64,000 nt of DNA from Gemmatimonas sp. (GTDB taxonomy: Bacteria; Gemmatimonadota; Gemmatimonadetes; Gemmatimonadales; Gemmatimonadaceae): NCBI GenBank assembly GCA_031414535.1, contig JANNVQ010000054.1, positions 64,001 through 128,000 on the forward strand, read 5' to 3'. A program made the translations under genes and the position numbers. Positions 8,187 to 17,238 of the stretch are shown here, piece by piece; the stretch's first letter is position 1, and every line of letters begins with the position of its first letter. The notes under the pieces were generated by a model, which was not told the origin of the DNA, ran no database searches, and saw only the letters and a program-made list of their open reading frames with translations.

Positions 8187-8758
8187 CACCCGTTCCACTG
8201 CTTCACGACGACGCGCGCCGGACGAAGCAGTGTGCCATTGAGGACGTATCCCACCTGATACACAACGGCCACGTGATGATCCTCGTCCGCGTTCGCAGCG
8301 GGCGCTGTGGTGATGGCTTCGTGCAAGGCAGGATCGAAGACTGCGCCCGTTGGGTCTACGACCTCGAGACCGTGGCCGGCGAGCGACTTCAGCAGCTTCT
8401 TCTCCACCATCGTGAGCCCATCGAGCACTTGGCTTAGATCCGTGCCGTCGGGCGTCATATGCACCACGCGGCCGAGGTCATCGAGCGTCTCGAGCAGCCC
8501 CTTCATCACCGCACCCATGCCCATCTTCTCGGCATCCTGCCGGTCGCGCACGCTGCGCTTGCGGAAGTTGTCGTACTCGGCGGCGAGGCGCAGATACTTG
8601 TCTTGCTGCTCGGAGAGGGCGCGCTGCACCTCGGCGAGGGCGTCACGGGAATCCACAGCCCCCGCCCCGAGATCGGCGGAAGTCGCGGCAGTCCCTGAGC
8701 CGTCGGCGGCCGAATCGTCCGCGGGAGTATCTAGATTGGGAGTTCGTGGGTCAGTCAT
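8186..8758 (-). CDS. grpE: Nucleotide exchange factor GrpE
   Basis: YLRLAAEYDNFRKR, FDPALHEA, GYVLNGTLLRPARVVV. Confidence 0.95.
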   Translation of the reverse strand: MTDPRTPNLDTPADDSAADGSGTAATSADLGAGAVDSRDALAEVQRALSEQQDKYLRLAAEYDNFRKRSVRDRQDAEKMGMGAVMKGLLETLDDLGRVVHMTPDGTDLSQVLDGLTMVEKKLLKSLAGHGLEVVDPTGAVFDPALHEAITTAPAANADEDHHVAVVYQVGYVLNGTLLRPARVVVKQWNG

Positions 8759-8790
8759 AGGGGTAAGTTCGCCGTTTCCCACATACATGG

Positions 8791-8805
8791 GCAACGGGCG
8801 TGCCA
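8791..8805 (-). promoter_or_regulatory. sigma54 (-24/-12) promoter upstream of grpE-dnaJ
   Basis: Minus strand TGGCACGCCCGTTGC matches TGGCACGNNNNTTGC with exact GG-N10-GC spacing, ~33 nt before the grpE ATG. Confidence 0.7.
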
Positions 8806-8925
8806 GCCAGATGCGCCGGAACTGCAGGGTGGCGCGGGGTTACTGGCCCCTACGGCAGGGAGCGGCGGACGTTTCGGCGCGGCGCGAGTAGGCGCGCCAG
8901 CCCGACGCCGTGGCGTCGCGGGCGC

Positions 8926-9483
8926 TCAGTCGAGGACCAACGCAAACAGCGCGGCGACGTCCAACCCAAGCGGCGCGATGGCTTCCGCTGGCTGCCACTC
9001 GAGTGTGTCCGAGACGACTTCCGGACGATCTTGCCCGGGTGTCCAGCGCTCGATCAATCGCGCATCCAGATCCACGATCCAGTACTCGCGCACGCCCGCT
9101 CGCTGATAGAACTTCCTCTTCAAGACGCGATCGTAGCGAGCGGTTGACGGTGAGAGCACCTCCACGGCGAGCAACAGCGTGCCGATGTCCGACCACGTAC
9201 GCAGTCGGGAGCCATCGCGAGATACGGCGACGAAGATATCCGGCTGCACGAGTGAGCCCGCTTTAAGCTCCACATCGGCGGGAGAGTGGATGACCTCGCC
9301 GACCCCGACTTGCTTCACGAAGGTCCGGATTAGATGCTGGAGCTCGGACAGCATCCGCTGGTGCAGCAGGCGCGGAGCCGGCGTCACGAGCAGCTCCCCG
9401 TCAATGCACTCGTAGCGCTTTCCGTCCTCAGGCAGCGCGCGGACTTCGGCCGCCGTCCAATACTGCGATTCAAGGGCTGGCAT
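8926..9483 (-). CDS. Uma2 family (DUF820) putative endonuclease
   Basis: RYECIDGELLVTPAP, VQPDIFV, AVEVLSPSTARYDR, KRKFYQRAGVREYWIVD; start 9483 or 9489. Confidence 0.9.
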   Translation of the reverse strand: MPALESQYWTAAEVRALPEDGKRYECIDGELLVTPAPRLLHQRMLSELQHLIRTFVKQVGVGEVIHSPADVELKAGSLVQPDIFVAVSRDGSRLRTWSDIGTLLLAVEVLSPSTARYDRVLKRKFYQRAGVREYWIVDLDARLIERWTPGQDRPEVVSDTLEWQPAEAIAPLGLDVAALFALVLD

Positions 9484-9583
9484 GGCCATACCATACGCTC
9501 GGCGAAGGACAAAAGTAAATAGGGCACGGCGCATCCTACTCGCCTGCCCCAGTATTACCATCGCCACGGCATTGCGTCTTTAA

Positions 9584-10840
9584 TCAGCGTTGTTCGAGCG
9601 CCTTCCGCACCATGTTGATTGCCGCCTGCGCCGAGCGCTGGCGAATCTCGTGACGATCGCCCACACTAGTCGTTCGGAAGGAGCGCACGACGCCTCGTAC
9701 ATCCACTGCGCAGCAGTACGTGCCAACTGGCTTCTCTGGCGTACCACCGCCAGGCCCAGCAATGCCGGTGATACTCACGCCGACGTCCACGCCGAACTTC
9801 GCTCGCACGCCAGCAGCCATCTCGCGCGCCGTCTCCTCACTCACCGCACCGTGCGCGAGCAAGGTTGATTCCTGCACACCGAGCTCGCGCACCTTTACGG
9901 CGTTGGCGTAGGCAATGGTGCCACCATCCACCACATCGCTCGATCCGGCGATGGCCGTGAGCCGCATACCAAGCATGCCGCCGGTGCAGGATTCCGCCAC
10001 CGCGATCTTCATCCCGCTCGCACGCAGCGCCTTCAAGACCAAATCCGCGAGGTCGTCTTCCTCGCTTCCGTAGATCCACGGCGCGAGCTTCGTGCGGATC
10101 GCAGCCTCTGCGTTCGCGAGAAGTTCAATCGCCCGCGCCTCTGGTTCATCCCACACACTCAGCCGCAGGTCTACGCCTTCCCATCCGGGCAGATACGCGA
10201 GCCGCGTGCCGTGCGGATCCTTCGCCAGTTCGCCCAGCTCGTCCGCGAGCTTCGATTCCGCAATCCCCGTCGTCCGTAGCGTGCGCGAACGCACCACAAG
10301 CGCCGCAGCGTCGCCACGCTTTGCCACGAGCTTCGGAATCAGCTGCTCGCGCGACATCCCGCGAAACTCACGCGGCACGCCGGGCAGCATCGCACACCAA
10401 CGCCCGCGTTCATCTTCCAGCCAGATGCCGGGTGCGGAGCCATGATCGTTGCGAATGATCTCGCAGCCCTCGGGAATGATGGCCTGCTGATGATTCGCCG
10501 CCGGGAGCTCTCCTGGCCAGCCGCGTTTCTTCCAACGCGCCTTCAAGTCCTCAATGATTCCTTCGTCGAGGCGCATGCTGCGGCCAAAAATTGCGGCAAT
10601 GCTTGGCTTGGTAAGATCATCTGCAGTCGGACCGAGGCCGCCGCTTGTAATCACGGCACCGGTGCGGTCCAAGGCTTCACGCACCGCCTCGGCAATTTCC
10701 TCTGGCCCATCGCCCACGGTCGCCCGACGCACCACGCGAATGCCATGCGCCGCAGCCTCGCGCGCGAAGAAGGCGCTGTTGGTATCAATGGTGTAGCCGA
10801 GCAAGAGCTCGGTACCGATGCTGACGAGTTCTACGTCCAT
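9584..10840 (-). CDS. cinA: Competence/damage-inducible protein A (MocF-like plus PncC domain)
   Basis: IGTELLLG..DTN, SGGLGPTADDLT, LPGVPRE, AVAESCTGG, GAVSEETAREMA, SITGIAGPGGG. Confidence 0.93.
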   Translation of the reverse strand: MDVELVSIGTELLLGYTIDTNSAFFAREAAAHGIRVVRRATVGDGPEEIAEAVREALDRTGAVITSGGLGPTADDLTKPSIAAIFGRSMRLDEGIIEDLKARWKKRGWPGELPAANHQQAIIPEGCEIIRNDHGSAPGIWLEDERGRWCAMLPGVPREFRGMSREQLIPKLVAKRGDAAALVVRSRTLRTTGIAESKLADELGELAKDPHGTRLAYLPGWEGVDLRLSVWDEPEARAIELLANAEAAIRTKLAPWIYGSEEDDLADLVLKALRASGMKIAVAESCTGGMLGMRLTAIAGSSDVVDGGTIAYANAVKVRELGVQESTLLAHGAVSEETAREMAAGVRAKFGVDVGVSITGIAGPGGGTPEKPVGTYCCAVDVRGVVRSFRTTSVGDRHEIRQRSAQAAINMVRKALEQR

Positions 10841-10847
10841 CCTCGCC

Positions 10848-11531
10848 TCAGGCGCGCGCGGAGAAAACGCGGCGATGCCGGATGAGATAGTCGCCGAGTG
10901 AGATGAGCGTGAGAGCAAGCGCTAACAGCATCGACAGGGCCCCGATGGTGCCCAGCACGCGTGACCAGACATCGGCCGAAGGATTCCCCCACCACGTCTG
11001 CCGCTCAATCATTAGCTTCACCGCGAACCACAGATAGGACGCACCCATCCAGGTGTACTGAGACCCGGCCTTCCATTTGCCCAGCTTCTGCGCCGCGATG
11101 ACGACGCCGCGCTTTTGCGCAAAACTCCGGAACCAGGTCATGAATGCCTCTCGGCCCACGATGGGCAGCAGCACCCACCAAGGGAAGAACACTGGACCCA
11201 TCCCGAACGTGATGAAGGGGTACATCGCCTTTTCGGCGACGTCCGGGAGCAGCGTCAGCACAGGATCTTGAGGCGGCGCCTGCAGGAGGAACATTGGTAC
11301 GAAGCAGCCCGCAAGCAGCAGTTTGTCGGCCAGCGGGTCGAGAATCTTCCCGAGGTCCGTAATCAGGCCGCGCGCGCGCGCAATCTTGCCATCAATGTGA
11401 TCGGAAATTGCCGTGATTAAATACAGCGCGAAGGCAAAGAAGCGCACGCCCACCGACTCCGTGAACGGCAGGAGTGCGAGAAAAGGCGCGGCGACGATTC
11501 GGGCCGCGGAAATCAGATTCGGAAGATTCAC
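10848..11531 (-). CDS. pgsA: CDP-alcohol phosphatidyltransferase (PgsA-like)
   Basis: MNLPNLISAARI, SDHIDGKIARARGLITDLGKILDPLADK signature, GKWKA. Confidence 0.85.
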   Translation of the reverse strand: MNLPNLISAARIVAAPFLALLPFTESVGVRFFAFALYLITAISDHIDGKIARARGLITDLGKILDPLADKLLLAGCFVPMFLLQAPPQDPVLTLLPDVAEKAMYPFITFGMGPVFFPWWVLLPIVGREAFMTWFRSFAQKRGVVIAAQKLGKWKAGSQYTWMGASYLWFAVKLMIERQTWWGNPSADVWSRVLGTIGALSMLLALALTLISLGDYLIRHRRVFSARA

Positions 11532-11546
11532 CTAATCCGCCGCCGC

Positions 11547-12224
11547 TTACGCGAGCGTCTTCAGGACGAGCTTGGAGACCGCCTTGAGCGTATCGAAGAC
11601 GCCGTCGCCAGTGACGGCCACTGCCTCGAAGAAATGCGCGCGCTCTACCCACACGCCATCCACGTTCTGCTCGACGATGTTCTCCCCGGGGCGGAACTGA
11701 TTCGGCGTGATCTTATGGCGCTCCGGCTCCATGACCTCCCAGCCGGGATTTAGCGTGCTCTGCAATTCCTCGAGCGACGAGGCATTAGGCAAGTCACGCT
11801 TATTGTACTGGATGATGAAGGGCATCTTCGTGAGGTCATAGCCGTACTCCGCCATGTTGTCGTACAAGTTCTGCATGGCTTCGAGATTGGCTTCCATGCG
11901 CTCAACCTGCGAATCGGCGACGAAGACGATGCCGTCCACGCCCTTGAGGATGAGCTTGCGCGAGGCGTTGTAGTACACCTGGCCCGGCACGGTGTAGAGA
12001 TGGAACCGGGTCTTGAAGCCGCGGATGGTACCAAGGTCCACGGGCAGGAAGTCAAAGAACAGCGTGCGCTCGGTCTCCGTGGCCAGCGAGATGAGCTTGC
12101 CACGCGTGTCGGGCTTCACCTTCCCGTACACGTGCTCGAGGTTGGTCGTCTTGCCGCCGAGGCCGGGGCCGTAGTAGACGATTTTGCAGTTGATCTCGCG
12201 CGAGGCGTAGTTAATCATCGACAT
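11547..12224 (-). CDS. mglA: MglA family small GTPase
   Basis: [46 protein letters not shown]. Confidence 0.95.
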   Translation of the reverse strand: MSMINYASREINCKIVYYGPGLGGKTTNLEHVYGKVKPDTRGKLISLATETERTLFFDFLPVDLGTIRGFKTRFHLYTVPGQVYYNASRKLILKGVDGIVFVADSQVERMEANLEAMQNLYDNMAEYGYDLTKMPFIIQYNKRDLPNASSLEELQSTLNPGWEVMEPERHKITPNQFRPGENIVEQNVDGVWVERAHFFEAVAVTGDGVFDTLKAVSKLVLKTLA

Positions 12225-12235
12225 GGCTGTTCTCC

Positions 12236-12721
12236 TTATCCGAACAGTTGATCGATTTCATCGTCAGCGCCGGCGAGAAGGCCGGGCTGCGGCGTGCCAG
12301 TCTTGCCACGCTGGAACACTTCGTGGAACAGCTTGGTCAGTTCAATCACGGTGTCCTTAATCTTCAGGCGGACGAGTCCGAGCGTCGTGCGATTGTCGAA
12401 CAGCGCCACGAGAATCACGCGCCGCGCGATATCCGCGAGGTACATCGATTCCTTTTCGCCCTGGTGGAACAGCGAATTGAAGTCCGTCTCACCAATCAGC
12501 TGCGCGAGCTGATCGTTGGCGGAGAAGTCCGCCGCGGTGAGCGTGGCGAACGCCGTGGGATCGAAGTTCGGCTGCTCGCCAACCGTCGCGACCAACTGGC
12601 CTGAACGGTCTACGAGCAACGCGCAGCGCGCGTTGGTTTCGCCCAAGAACTTCTGGAGCGCCTTAGTTATGGCGCCGAAGTCCTCTTCGGTAAATGACCA
12701 GCTAGCGGACCCTACTGCCAT
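12236..12721 (-). CDS. mglB: MglB roadblock/LC7 GAP
   Basis: [47 protein letters not shown]; directly upstream of mglA. Confidence 0.92.
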   Translation of the reverse strand: MAVGSASWSFTEEDFGAITKALQKFLGETNARCALLVDRSGQLVATVGEQPNFDPTAFATLTAADFSANDQLAQLIGETDFNSLFHQGEKESMYLADIARRVILVALFDNRTTLGLVRLKIKDTVIELTKLFHEVFQRGKTGTPQPGLLAGADDEIDQLFG

Positions 12722-12730
12722 CGTCCCGTC

Positions 12731-13000
12731 CTATGCGAGGGCGTTCTCGAAGCGTGTGAGCAGGCGCCGAGCTCGGCGCTGCAATACCGGATTTTGCTCC
12801 CAACCAAGATACTCGCGCAACAGCATCACTGACTGCACCGAGGGCTGACCGCTGAGCCACCCCAGCGCCGCCATCCGGCGCAAAGGTTTGGAGCTGTACA
12901 GCGCCCGCTGATGCCGTTCCTGTTCCCGCGTCCACCAAGCGTACCCCGCAGCCGCCCCGGCCACGAGCCCAACAACAAACGCCACGCGGGACCGGCTCAC
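12731..13000 (-). CDS. Small hypothetical membrane-anchored protein
   Basis: N-terminal TM helix; start overlaps recR stop. Confidence 0.75.
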   Translation of the reverse strand: MSRSRVAFVVGLVAGAAAGYAWWTREQERHQRALYSSKPLRRMAALGWLSGQPSVQSVMLLREYLGWEQNPVLQRRARRLLTRFENALA

Positions 13001-13584
13001 ATGGCCCGCCGAGCCGCCAGGGCTTGCACGATTGTGACGCCATCGGCGTACTCGAGGTCCCCGCCAATCGGAAGCCCGCGGGCCAACCGGGAGACCGTCA
13101 CCCCCGCCCCCCGCAACTGCTCCTGAAGATACAACGCGGTCGCCTCACCTTCGAGCTTTGGGTTGGTGGCAATGATGACTTCTGTGACCGCCTCCTCTGT
13201 GACGCGCCGCACCAACGCGCCGACGGAGAGGTCGTCCGGGCCAATGCCGTCCAACGGCGCGAGCCGCCCACCCAATACGTGATATAACCCGCGATATTCG
13301 CCCGTGCGCTCGATGGACGGGATATCCGAGGCCTCCTCCACCACACAAATCAGACTCCGATCGCGGCGCGGGTCCGCACAGAACGAACAGGGCGAGGCCT
13401 CGGTGAGATTCCCGCATTCCGTGCAGGGCTTCACCTTCTCGATCAGGGCAATCAAGGCCGACGCTAGGCGGCGGCTCTGGTCGCCAGGTTGGCGCAGCAG
13501 GTGGTAGGTAAGTCGCATCGCCGACTTCCGCCCGATGGTCGGAAGCCGAGAGAGTTCGGTCACGAGATCGTCGATGGCCGACAC
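12997..13584 (-). CDS. recR: Recombination mediator RecR
   Basis: LPTIGRKSAMRL HhH, C4 zinc finger, ICVVEE, YHVLGG, Toprim EGEATA, GGDLEYAD. Confidence 0.96.
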   Translation of the reverse strand: MSAIDDLVTELSRLPTIGRKSAMRLTYHLLRQPGDQSRRLASALIALIEKVKPCTECGNLTEASPCSFCADPRRDRSLICVVEEASDIPSIERTGEYRGLYHVLGGRLAPLDGIGPDDLSVGALVRRVTEEAVTEVIIATNPKLEGEATALYLQEQLRGAGVTVSRLARGLPIGGDLEYADGVTIVQALAARRAM

Positions 13585-13591
13585 TGGCGTC

Positions 13592-13927
13592 TCAGAACGG
13601 GAGCTTAAACGGCAGGTTTCCCAGCCCCGGAATCCCGAGGCCGCCAGCCACGGCCTTCATCTCTTCTTCCGCCAGCTCTCGGCCCTTTCGCTGCGCCTCC
13701 TGAATAGCCACCGCGAGCAGGTCCTCGAGCATCTCCACGTCGGCGGGGTTCGCCACGGACGGATCAATGGAGACGCGCTTCACTGCCCCCTTTCCGTCGG
13801 CTTCCACCTTCACCATGCCACCGCCGGCAGCGCCGATGACCGTGGCCTTGGCGAGCTTATCCTGAACGTCCTGCATCTTGGCCGTCATCTGCTGGGCCTG
13901 CTGCATCATCTTCAAGAAGTCAGTCAT
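13592..13927 (-). CDS. ybaB: YbaB/EbfC nucleoid-associated protein
   Basis: GAAGGGMVKV..DG, IDPS, DVEMLEDLLAVA; between dnaX and recR. Confidence 0.93.
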   Translation of the reverse strand: MTDFLKMMQQAQQMTAKMQDVQDKLAKATVIGAAGGGMVKVEADGKGAVKRVSIDPSVANPADVEMLEDLLAVAIQEAQRKGRELAEEEMKAVAGGLGIPGLGNLPFKLPF

Positions 13928-13930
13928 GAT

Positions 13931-15661
13931 TTAGTCGAGCAGTTCGAGGTCGAGCGCATCCACGGCCGCATCGAGCAGCTTGCTCTGCTTGCGGAGCATC
14001 TGCATGCGATCCGCTTTCACCGCCGTCTCGTTGAGACGACGCGGTGCCGCCTTTTCTCCGGGAGCGGCCTGCACGTTCAAGCGCGCCACGCTCTCGAAGC
14101 GCTTGCGAATGCTGGCAAGAATCGCCGCTTCTTGTTGCTCGATGAGGTCCGCCTGCGCGGCAACGTCCACCGTGAGCGTCACCACACCAGCCGCCGTCAC
14201 GGCCGTTGGTGTCGCGTGGCCAAGCGCCGCACCAAGTAGCGCGCGCCCGTCGCGGACGATGCCGTCCACGATGGATTCCCAGTACTCCACTAGGCGGTTG
14301 ATCTCGAGAGGCTGCAGCGCACTCTTGGCCGGCGCCGCGTCGGCCACGAGCGCCGCGGCCTGCGCGGGGGCGGGGCGTTCGCGCACAACGGGCGGTGGGG
14401 CCGCTGGTGACTGCGTGGGCGGCGCGAGGCGCGCGGAAGGGGCGACGTCGCGTACCACCGGCGGCGGCGCCGCACGGACCGGCTCGCGAGTAGCAGCAGG
14501 CGCGGGCGCCGCAGCGCCGCCCGACGAGGCCGCGCCACCGCGCAACAACTCTTCGATAGAAATCGTGCGGTCCAGCAGGGCGCACCGCACCAACAGCGTC
14601 TCAAACAGCATCTGTTGCTGCCCCGAGCGCTTCATGTGCGGTTCAATCTCCACGAGCAACGAGAGCATGCGGAGCAAGTCGCCAGCCGCAAAGTGTGCCG
14701 CGCGCTTGGGCAGCTCCTCACGCAAACGCTCGGACACTTCTGGTAGCTGACCGCCCAGCACCACCGCGAGCTGCGCGCGCAGGACTTCCGCGAACTCAGT
14801 GAGGAGCACGGTGAAGTCCACGCCGTGATCAGCCAGCCGGGCCACGGTCCCGAACACGTCGCCGGCGCGCCGCTCGACGATAAGGTCGAGCATGGCGAGA
14901 TGCTCATCTTCGGGGACGAGCCCCAGAGCATCACGCACGCGCTGCGCGGTCACGCCGCCTTCGCCAAGCGACAGGACTTGGTCGGTGAGCGAGAGCGCAT
15001 CGCGCATGGAACCGTCGGCCGCGCGCGCGAGCATGCCAAGCGCGTCACCTTCGGCGGCGATGCCTTCCTGCTCGAGCACGTTAGAGAGGCGCAGCTTCAC
15101 ATCGGCAGGGCCAATGCGCTTTAAGTCGAAGCGCTGCACGCGCGAAAGAACCGGCGCAGCCATCTGCTGAATCTTCTGCGGCTCGGTGGTCGCGAAGACA
15201 AACACCACGCGTGGCGGCGGCTCCTCGAGAATCTTGAGCAACGCGTTCCAGGCCTCACGCGTGAGCATGTGCGCCTCGTCAATGATGTAGACCTTGTAGC
15301 GGTCTTCACCGGAGGGCGCGTACATAGCCCGCTCACGCAGGTCGCGGGCGTCGTCTACGCCGCGATTGGACGCGGCGTCAATCTCCACCACGTCGAGTGA
15401 GGCGCCACCGCCCCACACGCGAGTGCAGGAAGGGCATTCCCCGCAGGGTTCCCGGTCGGCGCGGCGATTCTCGCAGTTGAGCGCCATGGCCAGCACACGG
15501 GCCAGCGTCGTCTTGCCCGTACCACGAGGCCCGCAGAACAAGTACGCGTGGGCAATGCGGTCAGAAAGAATCGCGTTGCGTAGCGTGTTTGCCACGTGCG
15601 ACTGCACGGCCACATCGGCGAACTTCCGGGGGCGGTACTTCCGCGCGAGGGCAAGCGACAT
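13931..15661 (-). CDS. dnaX: DNA polymerase III gamma/tau
   Basis: LARKYRP, GPRGTGKTT, EIDAASNRGVDD, IIDEAHML, NALLKILEEPP, GSMRDALSL. Confidence 0.96.
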   Translation of the reverse strand: MSLALARKYRPRKFADVAVQSHVANTLRNAILSDRIAHAYLFCGPRGTGKTTLARVLAMALNCENRRADREPCGECPSCTRVWGGGASLDVVEIDAASNRGVDDARDLRERAMYAPSGEDRYKVYIIDEAHMLTREAWNALLKILEEPPPRVVFVFATTEPQKIQQMAAPVLSRVQRFDLKRIGPADVKLRLSNVLEQEGIAAEGDALGMLARAADGSMRDALSLTDQVLSLGEGGVTAQRVRDALGLVPEDEHLAMLDLIVERRAGDVFGTVARLADHGVDFTVLLTEFAEVLRAQLAVVLGGQLPEVSERLREELPKRAAHFAAGDLLRMLSLLVEIEPHMKRSGQQQMLFETLLVRCALLDRTISIEELLRGGAASSGGAAAPAPAATREPVRAAPPPVVRDVAPSARLAPPTQSPAAPPPVVRERPAPAQAAALVADAAPAKSALQPLEINRLVEYWESIVDGIVRDGRALLGAALGHATPTAVTAAGVVTLTVDVAAQADLIEQQEAAILASIRKRFESVARLNVQAAPGEKAAPRRLNETAVKADRMQMLRKQSKLLDAAVDALDLELLD

Positions 15662-15716
15662 AAGCCGTGAATTTAGCCGTTGGGACGCGGTTCCGCACCC
15701 ACGGTTTTACTGCTTT

Positions 15717-15945
15717 TTCACCACGGAGGCACCGAGGCTCGGAGACTTCAACGGCGGAACCGCTTCACCACGACAGTACGAAGGGAGCCGCGATGATCTC
15801 TCGGTCCCGCAGCGCCTAAAGAGACAATGCTTTTTGGGGTCGCCAGACCGAAAGTCTGCACTGAATCCTTCGTGCCTTCGTGGTGAACGCAGTTGCTGTT
15901 GCCGTCTGCACTTGTAGTCTCCGTGTCTCCGTGCCTCCGTGTGAA
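15717..15945. repeat. Nested imperfect inverted repeat (REP/MITE-like), ~230 bp
   Basis: Outer arms TTCACCACGGAGGCACCGAGGCTCGGAGACTTCAA (15717-15751) and 15912-15945; inner arms TTCACCACGACAGTACGAAGG (from 15764) and CCTTCGTGCCTTCGTGGTGAA (to 15887). Confidence 0.8.
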
Positions 15946-15964
15946 TCGCCGTTCAAGACGGCAC

Positions 15965-16014
15965 AAAAAAACTCGCGCGAGGAGCAAGCCAAATGGCTGC
16001 TCTCTCGCGCGAGT
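15965..16014 (-). terminator. Intrinsic terminator of SRP RNA
   Basis: ACTCGCGCGAG...CTCGCGCGAGT stem followed by a T7 run on the minus strand. Confidence 0.8.
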
Positions 16015-16114
16015 GTTCCAGGTCTGGCGAGGCGACGACGACGTCACGTACCGTTGCTGCCTTTCGGCCCTGGCGGGGTTGGCGGGTTGAAGCCCCTCGG
16101 GACCTGGAACACCC
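16011..16114 (-). ncRNA. ffs: Signal recognition particle RNA (small bacterial 4.5S type)
   Basis: Minus strand GCCAGGGCCGAAAGGCAGCAACGG (helix 8 with GNRA loop and AGCA); closing stem GTGTTCCAGGTC/GACCTGGAACAC; upstream of dnaX as in many bacteria. Confidence 0.92.
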
Positions 16115-16365
16115 GTAATGTACCCGCAGTAGAGCCGGCAAACAATCGGGATGAGTACCGATCTATGCCCCAGAGCCCACCCAAGCGGGTGGCCTACACC
16201 AATCCATTCTCTCCCACCCCGACAGGCGTTCTTCGCGCCGCACCCCGAGGGCATTTTTTCCTCATCCGTGACGGCGATGGCTTGCCGGATCCGGCACGGC
16301 TGCGCGACGGCGGACGCGGGGGGCGTCCGTCCGTCCGCGCCCCACTCCCGGGAGAGGTCCACCCA

Positions 16366-17238
16366 ATGTCGCACCGCGCCTCGCGCCCCGCGCTCTGCGC
16401 CCTCGTGGGCGCTGCGGGAGCCGGCAAAAGCACGCTCTGCCAAGGTCTCGCCGATCTGTTCGGAGGCGAAGCCGTGACGACGCTCGCGCTCGACGATTAC
16501 ATCGCGCATGAGCACGACGCCGGCATCCGCCGCGGCGTCTCGCCGCTCGCAGCGGATGCTTCGCACCTGGATCTCATGGCGCAGCACCTTCGCCTGCTCC
16601 GCCAGGGAGAGACGGTCTTCAAGCCCGTGTACGACCGGTCGAGCGGACGCTTTGCCGACCCCGAGTTCCTTCGGCCCAAGCGCACCGTACTCGCGCACGG
16701 CATGCACGGACTCGATACGCCCGAACTTCGCGCCCTCTGGGACGTGTCACTCTTCGTGGCCTCGGGCCGTGAGGACGCCGACAGCGCCCGCTTCATTGCT
16801 CCGCAACGCGAGAAAGCCGATGCCTCACTCAGCGTGCGGGCCACCTCTGATGGCAGGGATTGGGACGCCGAGTTCCGCATCGCGCATCCCGTGCCACTCC
16901 CAGCGCTCGATGAACTGCAGCACGACCCTGTGGCCACGCCCTATCTGCGCATCGAGCGTGCCTCCGGCGGGGCCTATGTCATTGAGATGAGTGGGCGCGT
17001 GGACGACGTCTCACGCACGCATATGGAAGCGCGGCTGCTCTCGGCCCTGCCGGATGCGCCACCGCGCCGTCAACTGAAGCTCGGCGTCATTCCGGACGCC
17101 CCAGCAAGTGATCGCCGCTCAAATCTTCTTGCCCTCACGCAGTTGATTGTCGGCCACTACTTCGTGCAGAAGGGGCGCTTGCTTCAGACCCCTACGCTCG
17201 AGGCGGCCCGCTCCGCCCACCCGGCCCCTGGTGCCTGA
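16366..17238 (+). CDS. Phosphoribulokinase/uridine kinase-like protein, apparently degenerate
   Basis: P-loop GAAGAGKST, LDDY, HLDLMAQHLRLLRQGETVFKPVYD, FIAPQR; GGAGAGG RBS before ATG 16366. Confidence 0.7.
   Translation: MSHRASRPALCALVGAAGAGKSTLCQGLADLFGGEAVTTLALDDYIAHEHDAGIRRGVSPLAADASHLDLMAQHLRLLRQGETVFKPVYDRSSGRFADPEFLRPKRTVLAHGMHGLDTPELRALWDVSLFVASGREDADSARFIAPQREKADASLSVRATSDGRDWDAEFRIAHPVPLPALDELQHDPVATPYLRIERASGGAYVIEMSGRVDDVSRTHMEARLLSALPDAPPRRQLKLGVIPDAPASDRRSNLLALTQLIVGHYFVQKGRLLQTPTLEAARSAHPAPGA

Noticed and set aside
8926..9483. Uma2 nuclease as a marker of a defence island or mobile element
   Set aside because: Single gene among housekeeping genes, with no flanking repeats, methylase or integrase
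13931..15661. Programmed frameshift or slippage site in dnaX
   Set aside because: No AAAAAAG or long homopolymer run seen in the coding strand
15880..16365. N-terminal extension of the PRK-like ORF, and ORF 15748-16707 on the minus strand
   Set aside because: They run through the SRP RNA and the palindrome; a good RBS supports ATG 16366
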